Position numbers and translations under genes: made by a program. 53,152 bases of DNA. Origin: a virus. Its lineage: Duplodnaviria; Caudoviricetes. The stretch lies in IMG/VR virus record IMGVR_UViG_3300032271_000411, positions 1-53,152 of that record; one strand, given 5' to 3'. Position 1 is the stretch's first letter. Each line of letters starts with the position of its first letter. Below the pieces are notes generated by a model. That model was not told the DNA's origin. It searched no databases and worked only from the letters and a program-made list of their open reading frames with translations. Positions 35,384 to 44,214 of this stretch are shown piece by piece.

Positions 35384-35911
35384 ATGGATAACCGTTTAAA
35401 ACGCAGCCCAGGCGAGAGCCGCAGCAACCGTACCGAGCAAGACGCATCACGCGCAGCGCCTGAGGAGAACTTTCCGATCGTGCGTGAGCGTCGCCGTGCG
35501 CGTAACGAGTTTCAGCAAACCGTGTTGCCAAATATCCCAGAGATCCCAGGCTTTCACCTCTGTTGGCTTGCGACAAACAGCCAGTATGACCCGATCCATC
35601 GCCGGTTCTCGCTAGGTTACGCGCCTGTGCGAGCAGACGAGATGCCGGGCTACGACATGTACAAGGTCAAAGAGGGCGATCAGTCTGGCCACATCATGTG
35701 CAACGAGATGCTGCTTTGCAAGATGCCGATGGACATTTACCAAGACATCATGCTCGAGCATCACCACTTCCAACCGATGGATGAGGCCGATAAGATCCGC
35801 ATCGATCAGGAGCAGCTTGTCAGCCAACGCGACCGCTCAGGCAAGGCAATGGGCAGCGTTGAGGGTGGCTTGCCAGATGACAGTAACGTGAAATTGCCAC
35901 ACTTTAGTTAA
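35384..35911 (+). CDS. Conserved hypothetical head-module protein
   Basis: P.IPG....W......R...GY.PV...E..LCK.P. Confidence 0.7.
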   Translation: MDNRLKRSPGESRSNRTEQDASRAAPEENFPIVRERRRARNEFQQTVLPNIPEIPGFHLCWLATNSQYDPIHRRFSLGYAPVRADEMPGYDMYKVKEGDQSGHIMCNEMLLCKMPMDIYQDIMLEHHHFQPMDEADKIRIDQEQLVSQRDRSGKAMGSVEGGLPDDSNVKLPHFS

Positions 35912-36086
35912 CTTGCTTTACTTTTAAAAAATTAGTATTAAAATATGCTGCATATGGATACCCGCTTTGTAAAAAGCAGGTATCCACACCAAATTTAGTC
36001 CTAAAAATCATGTTCTAGATGATTTTGCCTGTAGCTTTGAAGAAAGCGAAAACATTATCCCTTTAACTGTTTTTTAGGAGCATCCT
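35912..36086 (+). promoter_or_regulatory. Promoter and structured leader of the capsid operon
   Basis: TTGCTT-N17-TATTAA; three hairpins; AGGAG RBS. Confidence 0.5.
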
Positions 36087-36674
36087 ATGAGTGCAACTAA
36101 CGCACCTTTTGGCCTGCGACCTGCGTATTTCCCAACTGGATTGGAACGCGCACAAGCCTTGGCTAATGGTATTACATCGGGCTACGCTAGCAACATCCTG
36201 AAAGGTCAGGCTGTTCAGTATTCGCCTAACGCTGGCGTCATCTTGCCGGTTCTCGACACCACAACCAACAGCGGTTTAGTCTCTGGTGCCTTCGCAGGCG
36301 TCGAGTGGACTGACACAACTGGCCGTCGTCGTGTATCTAACTACTGGCCTGCAAACACTGCGTATATCGCAGGTAGCTGCATCGCCTATTTCTACAACGA
36401 TCAACAGATCGTGTACGAAATCCAGACTGACGGCACTATGGCTCAAACTTCGGTCGGTAACGAAGCGAACTTGAGCAACTTTGCTGCCGGCTCTAACACA
36501 ACTGGTCTGTCACAGATGACTCTGTCGGCATCGCTCGTTGGTTCAGGAAGCACTGGTCAGTTCCGTATTGTTGATATTGCACCTTACCCAGATAACAACT
36601 GGGGCGACGCTTATGTGATCGTTCGTGTACAGGTCAGCAACCCTCAATTTGTGGCTGCTAAAGCCGCTATCTAA
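36087..36674 (+). CDS. Capsid decoration/cement protein (putative)
   Basis: N.NAPFGLRP start, G.F.G.EW, GN..TG.S; directly upstream of the major capsid gene. Confidence 0.65.
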   Translation: MSATNAPFGLRPAYFPTGLERAQALANGITSGYASNILKGQAVQYSPNAGVILPVLDTTTNSGLVSGAFAGVEWTDTTGRRRVSNYWPANTAYIAGSCIAYFYNDQQIVYEIQTDGTMAQTSVGNEANLSNFAAGSNTTGLSQMTLSASLVGSGSTGQFRIVDIAPYPDNNWGDAYVIVRVQVSNPQFVAAKAAI

Positions 36675-36685
36675 GGAGAACTGAT

Positions 36686-37600
36686 ATGGCAGCTCCAATG
36701 CGCAGTACCGACTTTCGAAGTATCGTTGAGCCAATCCTCAACGAGTGCTTCGATGGCATCTATGACCAACGTGCCGATGAGTGGAGCACAGTGTTCCGCG
36801 AGCAAATGGGCATCCCACGCAACTACCACGAAGAGCCCGTCTTGTACGGCTTCGGCGCGGCTCCTCAGTTACCTGACGGCAGCCCCGTCTCGTATCAGCA
36901 GGGCGGCGTGCTGTTCCTCCAGCGCTATGTGTACAACGTCTATGGCTTATCCTTCGCGTTGACCTAAGTGTTGGTTGAGGACGGCGATCACATCCGTATC
37001 GGTCAGGTCTACGCCAAGCACTTGGCGCAGTCGTTGATTGAAACTAAAGAACTGCTCGCAGCTAACGTATTGAACCGTGCGTTCAATAGCAGCTACGTCG
37101 GCGGCGATGGCGTCTCACTCACCAACACCTCGCACCCAATCGTAAACGGCGTGTTCAGCAACCAATTGGCTACTGCAGCCAACTTGTCGCAAACCTCGCT
37201 TGAGCAGATGCTCATTCAAGTGCGCCAGGCCGTGGACAACAACGGTAAGAAGATTCGTCTTCAGCCGTTCAAGTTGATCGTTGCCCCAGGTAACGTGTTC
37301 CAAGCCGAAGTTCTGTTGAAGTCTGTGCTTCGTACCGGCACCGCCAACAACGACATCAACCCAGTCAAGTCGATTGGTCTGATGCCTGAGGGCGCTTCGG
37401 TACTGAGCCGTTTGACTTCAGCCACCAACTGGTGGGTGCAGACTGACGCGCCAGAAGGCCTGAAGTTGATGATGCGCCGTGGTCTTGAAAAGACTATGGA
37501 AGGCGACTTTGAGACTGACTCAATGCGCTACAAAGCAACAGAGCGGTACACGATTTCGTGGACTGATCCTCGCGCAGTGTACGGCACGCCAGGCGTGTAA
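36686..37600 (+). CDS. Major capsid protein (Mu gpT-like family), interrupted by an in-frame TAA at 36965-36967
   Basis: Two abutting same-frame ORFs (93+210 aa); YGL.FALT*.L.EDG, GGDGVSL....HP, EGDFET...RYKATERY...W.DPR..YG.PG; AAGGAG RBS; terminator follows. Confidence 0.85.
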
Positions 37601-37607
37601 AGTAACG

Positions 37608-37638
37608 GGGGCTAGTCCAAAAGATTAGCCCCTTTTTT
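37608..37638 (+). terminator. Intrinsic terminator after the capsid gene
   Basis: GGGGCTAGTC-caaaa-GATTAGCCCC followed by T6. Confidence 0.85.
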
Positions 37639-37675
37639 CTATCAACCGAGTGGTTCAAGCCACAGGAGATTTAAA

Positions 37676-38923
37676 ATGCCCCAATATTCAGACGACCTAT
37701 TCTTAGGTCCTGCACCGACTTTTATGGGTACTGGCATTCGCCCGTACACCACTACTGCTACCGGCGGCACAGGCGGCACCTCGTCAACAACGCTTACAGT
37801 GACAGCCGTGGGCTTTGGCTCACCAATCGTTTTAGGCATGTTTGTTGACGGCACAAGCGTCACAGACGGCACTTACATCACAGCGTTTGGCACAGGCACC
37901 GGCGGCGTCGGCACCTACACGCTGAACCAAGCCATTAACGTGGCCAACACAACCGCTTTGACGTTGCACAACAACACGGCCTTTGATAACCCATCGCCGA
38001 TGAGCCTGGGCGTTGGCCCACTTGGCCGCATCTACGTTTGGGATGTTACCCCCCAGGCGTTGGTTGCAAACAACATCGCAGCATCACAAACTCCGGTTGC
38101 CGCAGCGTCTTTGACTTTGACTGCAGGCACCTCTGTTCGCTCGGTGACAACCACCGGCGGCGCAACTGTTTTACAACTTGACCTGCCACGCGCTGTAAAA
38201 GTAACCACCGGCACTGCCACTGGCTCTGCTTTGGCAAGCGTTGCAACAACTGGTACAGGCGGTCAAATCTCTTACACCTCGAACGCAAGCGTGTTCACAG
38301 GTCAACGAGTGACTGTGTCTGGCACAGCAGGCGGCACAGGTTCAATTACCGGCTACACAAACCCAACGACCTACATCCTGACCGCTGTCACCGCGACAAC
38401 CGCGACCTTGACCACCACCGCAGGCGCTGCTGTTGCCTCAGTAGCAGGCACGATCACGGGATTGACTTTCACCCTCGGCGCTGCACCGCAGACCGTTACG
38501 GTGTCTGGCTTTGACTACTACGGCCAGGCCATGAGCGAGGCGATCACTTCTAGCGCCGCGGTCAGCACAGCCGTTAACGGTAAGAAAGCCTTTTACCTGG
38601 TGAGCTCAATCACAACCTCTGGCGCTACTGGCACCGCTTTGACTGTCGGCACAACTGACATTCTCGGCCTTCCAGTTCGTGTCACAAACGTGGCCTATGT
38701 CGCAAGCGTTAAGAGCAACAACGCTTTGGCGCAAGATGGCGGTCAATTCACTGCCGCTGACACTGCAACCGCAACAACCACCACTGGCGATGTGCGCGGC
38801 ACTTACGTACCCGCCACAGCCTCTGACGGTATCGTTCGCACTGTCATGGGTGTCTTGCTGCCAGCAATCGCTGTTGGTCCAAACGCAACCCGTGTTGGCG
38901 CACTCGGCGTCACACAAGCCTAA
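37676..38923 (+). CDS. Virion structural protein (Thr/Gly/Ala-rich)
   Basis: Composition, position, AGGAG RBS. Confidence 0.6.
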   Translation: MPQYSDDLFLGPAPTFMGTGIRPYTTTATGGTGGTSSTTLTVTAVGFGSPIVLGMFVDGTSVTDGTYITAFGTGTGGVGTYTLNQAINVANTTALTLHNNTAFDNPSPMSLGVGPLGRIYVWDVTPQALVANNIAASQTPVAAASLTLTAGTSVRSVTTTGGATVLQLDLPRAVKVTTGTATGSALASVATTGTGGQISYTSNASVFTGQRVTVSGTAGGTGSITGYTNPTTYILTAVTATTATLTTTAGAAVASVAGTITGLTFTLGAAPQTVTVSGFDYYGQAMSEAITSSAAVSTAVNGKKAFYLVSSITTSGATGTALTVGTTDILGLPVRVTNVAYVASVKSNNALAQDGGQFTAADTATATTTTGDVRGTYVPATASDGIVRTVMGVLLPAIAVGPNATRVGALGVTQA

Positions 38924-38933
38924 GGGGTAGATC

Positions 38934-39557
38934 ATGGGTTTCAAAGAAATGAAAATGATGAAATCAACTGAGCCCTCCGTTGATGAAGCCGGTAAAGGCA
39001 TGAAGAAAGGCGGTATGCCGATGGTCATGAAAGACGGCAAAAAAGTACCTGCTTTTGCTGCCAAAAAAGGCGGCATGTCTAAGATGGCTATGGGCGGCGG
39101 TATGCCTATGGGCGCTCTGTCGGCCGCCGCAGCCCCTGCGATGGGCGCACGCCCACCAATGGGTCGTGCAATGCCTATGCGCAAGCCTGACCCACGTCAG
39201 GCCATGATGGAAGCTGCAATGGCTCAAAAGGCCGCTCAGTCTCCAATGATGCGCAAGAAAGGCGGTATGGCCGAAGGCGGCGCTGAGACCAAGTCTGAGA
39301 TGAAGATGGACAAAGCTCAAGACAAGGCCATGATCAAGAAAGCCTTTAAAGAGCATGACATGCAAGAGCACAAGGGCGGCAAGGGCACGAAGCTAAAACT
39401 TCAGGCCGGCGGCGTTCCTAAGTACGCAACTGGTGGTGTCGTTCAAAAGTATGCGACCGGTGGCGTTGTGCAAAAGTACAAAGACGGCGGTCATGTGGCA
39501 ATGGCTTGCAAAGACGGCGGTGGCTTCAAAGCCAATAAAAAAGGCGGCTGCTTCTAA
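38934..39557 (+). CDS. Basic Met/Lys-rich protein built of about eleven GG motifs
   Basis: MKKGG, AKKGG, RKKGG, MAEGG, KYATGGVVQ x2, YKDGG, CKDGG, NKKGG. Confidence 0.7.
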   Translation: MGFKEMKMMKSTEPSVDEAGKGMKKGGMPMVMKDGKKVPAFAAKKGGMSKMAMGGGMPMGALSAAAAPAMGARPPMGRAMPMRKPDPRQAMMEAAMAQKAAQSPMMRKKGGMAEGGAETKSEMKMDKAQDKAMIKKAFKEHDMQEHKGGKGTKLKLQAGGVPKYATGGVVQKYATGGVVQKYKDGGHVAMACKDGGGFKANKKGGCF

Positions 39558-39565
39558 AGTCAAAT

Positions 39566-39592
39566 ATGGGGGCTTAATCGCCCCCATGTTTT
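39566..39592 (+). terminator. Putative terminator
   Basis: ATGGGGGC-ttaatc-GCCCCCAT-GTTTT. Confidence 0.65.
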
Positions 39593-39621
39593 GCAAAAAT
39601 CTTGAATTTAATAGGTGAGTC

Positions 39622-42285
39622 ATGTCACAAATCGTTTCGTACACTGCCCCGTCCAGTCAAACGGACAACCAATTACGCACGCAAATCTCCTCACGTTCTG
39701 CGGCATACGATCCGGTAGACAAACTGCGCGTGTCTCAGCCCCAGGCTTTGATTGACACCGACTTTGAGTACGGCACGCAGCCAACCAAGTGGGAATCTAT
39801 CAACCTTCAAAACAACCGTCAGGGCGCGTACATCATCCCTCAGGTTTACACCACGGTTGACAATAGTGCCTCGAATAAGGGCGTCCAAACGACAAGTGGA
39901 AGTCGCACTGTTTCCGTATTTATGGCAAACACTGGCGCTTATGTGGTCGGCACGCCTATCTTTATTTTAGGTGCCACAAACCCTAACATTAACGGCTGGT
40001 GGTTGGTCACAACGGTCAGCACCAACGTATCGGTATCGTTCCTGATTGACGCAAACGCGACAGCCACGACCAACGTGTTTAACCCCGGCAAGTCGTACGT
40101 TTATCCCGGCAACTTCTACAGCAACTGCGGCTTTCAAGTCGGTTCAAACTGTATCACCGCAAGCGCGACCACAACCCCCCTTTGCACAACCACTTACCCT
40201 CACGGGTTGAACGTAGGCGACTACGTCTACATGAGAGGTTTTGCGGGTGACTTAAACGTCAACGGCGCATGGATTGTTGCTACAACGCCAACTGCGAGCA
40301 CCTTTACCTTTACCACTGCGACAGCGGTCACAAGCCCAACAAACAGCGCAGGACAGGCCAACGTATTTATGCGCCCCGCGGGTTGGGTTGAGTCACGCCC
40401 CTACGATGGCGGCGTTGCGTTCTCGGCCGGCGGCACGATCACCAACCAACAACTGATTCGCCAGACCCGTCGTTATTTCCGCTACCAGTCAGGCAAGGGT
40501 ATCCAGTTCTCAACTGGCTCTGCGCTGCAGCCAACGTTGTTTCAACCGGTCTTAACGGCCTCGGGCACCACGGTAACCGTGACGACCTCTGCGCCGCATA
40601 ACCTTGCTGCAGGCACAACAATCCAAGTGTCGGGTGCTACTCCAAGCGGGTACAACGGTATTTTTGTCATCGGCACTGCAGGTTTTTCAAAGACCACTTT
40701 TCAGTACACGACAACCTTTGCTAACACACCAACGTCAACACCTGCGATCGGCAACTCGATTCGAGTTAACCCAACGCTGTGGTATGGCGCTCAGAACTCT
40801 GTGGGTATCTTCGACCAACAAAACGGGATCTTCTTCCAGTTTGATGGCCAACAGTTAAACGCGGTTGTTCGTAACTCGACCATTCAAACCGCAGGGTATT
40901 GCCAGGTGACGCAGGGTAATGCGACCGTCACGGGCGTGGGTACAAACTTCACCACCGCGCTCACGCCTGGTCAGTTTTGCGTCATCCGCGGTCAGTCTTA
41001 CCGAGTCATTGCGATTGCAAGTGACACCTCATTGACGATTGCCCCTGAATACCGTGGCAACTCATACGATTCGACCAACTCGCCCAACGGCGGCTACATC
41101 ATGTCGGTAACCACTGACACGAAGTACCCACGCTCGACTTGGTTTGATCCAATGGACGGCACAGGCCCATCGGGCTACAGCATTGACCTGACCCGCATGC
41201 AGATGTGGTACGTCGATTACTCTTGGTACGGCGCAGGATCAATTCGTTGGGGCTTGCGCGGCAAAGATGGTGCGGTGACCTATTGCCATCAGGTGCAGAA
41301 CAATAACGTGCAATACGAGGCTTATATGCGCTCGGGCAACCTGCCTGCGCACTATGAGTCAAGCGGACTGACTCCTACGTCTTTCTTGACCGCCTCAATC
41401 GGCACTGGCGACACCACAATCCCCGTGGCTGATACAAGCCTGTTTAACTCAAGCGGCATCGCTAAGATTACGGCGAGTGGCACGTCAGGTGCGATTGAAT
41501 ACGTCACCTACACAGGCAAAACGTCAACATCATTGACGGGCGTGACTCGAGGCGCGACAGGCGGTGCAGCGGCGACAGCATTTACTGTCACCAACCCACA
41601 GACCGCCTATGTGACTATTGAATACGCAACCGCTGACTCTGTGCCTTCAATCTCGCATTGGGGCTCATCGGTCATCATGGACGGCCAGTTCAACGACGAT
41701 AAATCGCTGATCTTTAACTACGGCATGACAACACCTTTGGCTGTCTCGGCCGCGGGTTCGTATGCCTTGATGGCCATCCGGATTGCCCCCTCGGTTGATA
41801 ACGGCACAACGGACGTTCTTGGCTTAAAAGAAAACATCAACCGCATGCAGTTGCAGCTTGACTCTGTGTCAATTATTGCGTCAACGCAACAGGTGCTGAT
41901 TAACTTGGTGCTGAACGGTCGCCTTGCGGCAGCGTTCTCTGGCACTGGTGCCGTGACGTCATTCGTTTCACCACAACAGCTCGCAGGCGGGTTCACCTCT
42001 TCGCTAGCTCAGATTGCGGTGAACGGGGCAACTGGAACAACAGCGACCATCACAGGCGGTGAGTCTTTGGCGGCGTCTTATGTGCCGATCGGCATCAATA
42101 CCTTGGACTTGTCTCAGGTTCGTGACTTGGGTAATTCGATCTTGGGCGGCGGGGTGAATAACACCGTACCGACAACCCAGGCGGGTCTGTACCCAGATGG
42201 CCCAGACATCTTGTATGTTGTGGCCACCACCACGGGTGCCGCAAACATCCAAGCGCGTCTGTCTTGGAAAGAGGCTCAGGCTTAA
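39622..42285 (+). CDS. Large virion structural protein with beta-rich repeats
   Basis: DFEYG.Q.TKWE, repeated HGL..GD.V...G....NG units, QTRRYFRYQSGKG, SWYGAG. Confidence 0.65.
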   Translation: MSQIVSYTAPSSQTDNQLRTQISSRSAAYDPVDKLRVSQPQALIDTDFEYGTQPTKWESINLQNNRQGAYIIPQVYTTVDNSASNKGVQTTSGSRTVSVFMANTGAYVVGTPIFILGATNPNINGWWLVTTVSTNVSVSFLIDANATATTNVFNPGKSYVYPGNFYSNCGFQVGSNCITASATTTPLCTTTYPHGLNVGDYVYMRGFAGDLNVNGAWIVATTPTASTFTFTTATAVTSPTNSAGQANVFMRPAGWVESRPYDGGVAFSAGGTITNQQLIRQTRRYFRYQSGKGIQFSTGSALQPTLFQPVLTASGTTVTVTTSAPHNLAAGTTIQVSGATPSGYNGIFVIGTAGFSKTTFQYTTTFANTPTSTPAIGNSIRVNPTLWYGAQNSVGIFDQQNGIFFQFDGQQLNAVVRNSTIQTAGYCQVTQGNATVTGVGTNFTTALTPGQFCVIRGQSYRVIAIASDTSLTIAPEYRGNSYDSTNSPNGGYIMSVTTDTKYPRSTWFDPMDGTGPSGYSIDLTRMQMWYVDYSWYGAGSIRWGLRGKDGAVTYCHQVQNNNVQYEAYMRSGNLPAHYESSGLTPTSFLTASIGTGDTTIPVADTSLFNSSGIAKITASGTSGAIEYVTYTGKTSTSLTGVTRGATGGAAATAFTVTNPQTAYVTIEYATADSVPSISHWGSSVIMDGQFNDDKSLIFNYGMTTPLAVSAAGSYALMAIRIAPSVDNGTTDVLGLKENINRMQLQLDSVSIIASTQQVLINLVLNGRLAAAFSGTGAVTSFVSPQQLAGGFTSSLAQIAVNGATGTTATITGGESLAASYVPIGINTLDLSQVRDLGNSILGGGVNNTVPTTQAGLYPDGPDILYVVATTTGAANIQARLSWKEAQA

Positions 42286-42287
42286 TC

Positions 42288-42803
42288 ATGCCAAGCAAAT
42301 CACCTGCTCAACACAGGCTGATGGAGGCCGCCGCCCACACTAAAGGTGGGTTTGGCGGGGTTCCTCAGAAAGTCGGCAAAGAGTTTGTTAAGGCCGACAA
42401 GATGAAAGACGGTGGCGGCTTGTACGCCAACATCCACGCCAAGCAAGAGCGCATTGCTCACGGCTCGGGCGAGAAGATGCGCAAGCCTGGCAGCGCCGGT
42501 GCACCTACGGCCGATGCCTTTAAAGAGTCTGCAAAGACTGTGAAAAAGGCTAAGGGTGGCGGTGTATCATTGGCCGTTGGGCGTGGCGAGAAGCTACCCA
42601 CCAAGCAAGGCGCAGGTTTAACCGCCAAGGGTCGTGCAAAGTACAATAGCGAGACAGGTAGCCACTTGAAAGCACCGCAGCCACAAGGCGGTAGCCGCAA
42701 GGATTCATTTTGTGCCCGCATGAGCGGTGTAGTTAAGCACGCAAGCGGTGATGCGCCACGCGCAAAAGCCTCACTCAAACGCTGGAAATGTCCGGGGTGG
42801 TAG
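42288..42803 (+). CDS. Basic three-module protein (C-terminal DUF6321-like)
   Basis: MPSKS..Q.RLM.AAAH / GLYANIHAK..RI..GSGEKMRKPG / GLTAKGRAKYN...SFCARM...SLKRWKC; start at ATG 42288. Confidence 0.65.
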   Translation: MPSKSPAQHRLMEAAAHTKGGFGGVPQKVGKEFVKADKMKDGGGLYANIHAKQERIAHGSGEKMRKPGSAGAPTADAFKESAKTVKKAKGGGVSLAVGRGEKLPTKQGAGLTAKGRAKYNSETGSHLKAPQPQGGSRKDSFCARMSGVVKHASGDAPRAKASLKRWKCPGW

Positions 42804-43862
42804 ATGTCAACTAGCGGCACAGTCTCTCAGACCACGATCTCTGTACAGCAACTCATTGATCACGGGGCTCGTCGCGCAGGCAAGCTCTCTGAAGAGTTGA
42901 CTGTTGAGCAGGTACAAGCGTCTAAGCAGAGCTTGTACTACCTGCTCTCAAGCCTAAGCAATTACGGCGTCAATTACTGGGCGATCAACAAAGTTATCGT
43001 TGGTCTGCAGCCCGACAAGTACGAGTATTTCTTGCCGCTCGGCACGGTTGACGTGCTCAACGCCAACTACCGCACGCTCACCAACGTCAACACGGGTGCC
43101 TACAGCACGTCAGGCGTGACCCTGAACGCCTTTAACGGCGTGGGCGACCTGATATGCCAACTGAGCAGCAACACGGGCGCTATCGGTATCGCAAACGGTA
43201 CGAGCAGCCCTGTCTACATCAGCACGATCGGCATCTTGCCCGCGGTATCAGGCTCGGTGACCGTAAACCTGCAGTATTCGATGGACGGCACGACTTGGGT
43301 GACGGTTTACGCCCCCGGTGCGGTCACATGGACTGCAGGCACTTGGATTTATTATGACCTTGACCCCTCTGCAACCGCCCCTTTTTGGCGTATTCAGCAG
43401 GTTTCTGGTGTCAATATGGGGTTCTACCAAGTAGTATTTGGCACAAACCCCACGGCAATCAACATGTCACGCATGAACCGTGACGACTACTCAAGCCTGC
43501 CTAATCGTTCGTTTACGGCGCTCAGACCCTTGCAGTACTGGTTTAACCGCACGATCCCACAGCCAAACATGGAAGTCTGGCCGGTGCCTAACAACATTGG
43601 CCCTCAGATCGAGCTCTGGCTGAACCGTTATGTCCAAGACGTGGGCGACCTAAGCGGCCAGATTGAGATTCCACAGTATTTTTATATGGCTATTCAATGG
43701 GGCTTGGCGCACCAAATGGCGTGCGAGCTGCCCCAGGTTGACCCTGCGCGTATCCAGTACTGTGAGGCACAGTACGAGAAGCACTTCATGCTGGCACAGA
43801 ACGAGAACCGCGACAAGTCGCCCATTATGATCTCGCCTAATATCAGCATGTACACAAGATAG
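42804..43862 (+). CDS. Putative head-tail adaptor/tail protein with a beta-sandwich insert
   Basis: MSTSGT start, R..Y..LPN.....RP.QYW, WP.P, GLA..MA. Confidence 0.6.
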   Translation: MSTSGTVSQTTISVQQLIDHGARRAGKLSEELTVEQVQASKQSLYYLLSSLSNYGVNYWAINKVIVGLQPDKYEYFLPLGTVDVLNANYRTLTNVNTGAYSTSGVTLNAFNGVGDLICQLSSNTGAIGIANGTSSPVYISTIGILPAVSGSVTVNLQYSMDGTTWVTVYAPGAVTWTAGTWIYYDLDPSATAPFWRIQQVSGVNMGFYQVVFGTNPTAINMSRMNRDDYSSLPNRSFTALRPLQYWFNRTIPQPNMEVWPVPNNIGPQIELWLNRYVQDVGDLSGQIEIPQYFYMAIQWGLAHQMACELPQVDPARIQYCEAQYEKHFMLAQNENRDKSPIMISPNISMYTR

Positions 43863-43871
43863 GGGTATGAA

Positions 43872-44213
43872 ATGCCTCGCTTTTTGAATACAATTGGTAA
43901 CAGTAGTTTGAGTGTTTTCATATGCGACCGTTGCAAGATGAAAAGACCCTATAGCGATATGCGTGCAGACGGAAACATACCCGCTATAAAGGTTTGCTCT
44001 GAGTCGTGTAGCGACCAGTTTGACCCATATAGGTTGCCGGCTAGGCAGTCTGAAAAGATTACGATACGTTTTCCTCGCCCAGATGAGGATGTTGCAGAGA
44101 CGCATAACAACATAATCCTTGACCCTGATATTCAGAACAAAGATGATGTTGGGATTGCAACTGAGCAAGCGAATACGCCGAATGACGGCAATCTTGATAT
44201 TTTGAGTCCTTAA
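43872..44213 (+). CDS. Zn-finger hypothetical protein
   Basis: ICDRC..K...VC...C.D.FDP...PRPD. Confidence 0.7.
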   Translation: MPRFLNTIGNSSLSVFICDRCKMKRPYSDMRADGNIPAIKVCSESCSDQFDPYRLPARQSEKITIRFPRPDEDVAETHNNIILDPDIQNKDDVGIATEQANTPNDGNLDILSP

Positions 44214-44214
44214 T

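Noticed and set aside
36965-36967. Genome-wide stop codon reassignment
   Set aside because: TAA, TAG and TGA all end genes at sensible positions and the other long genes are uninterrupted
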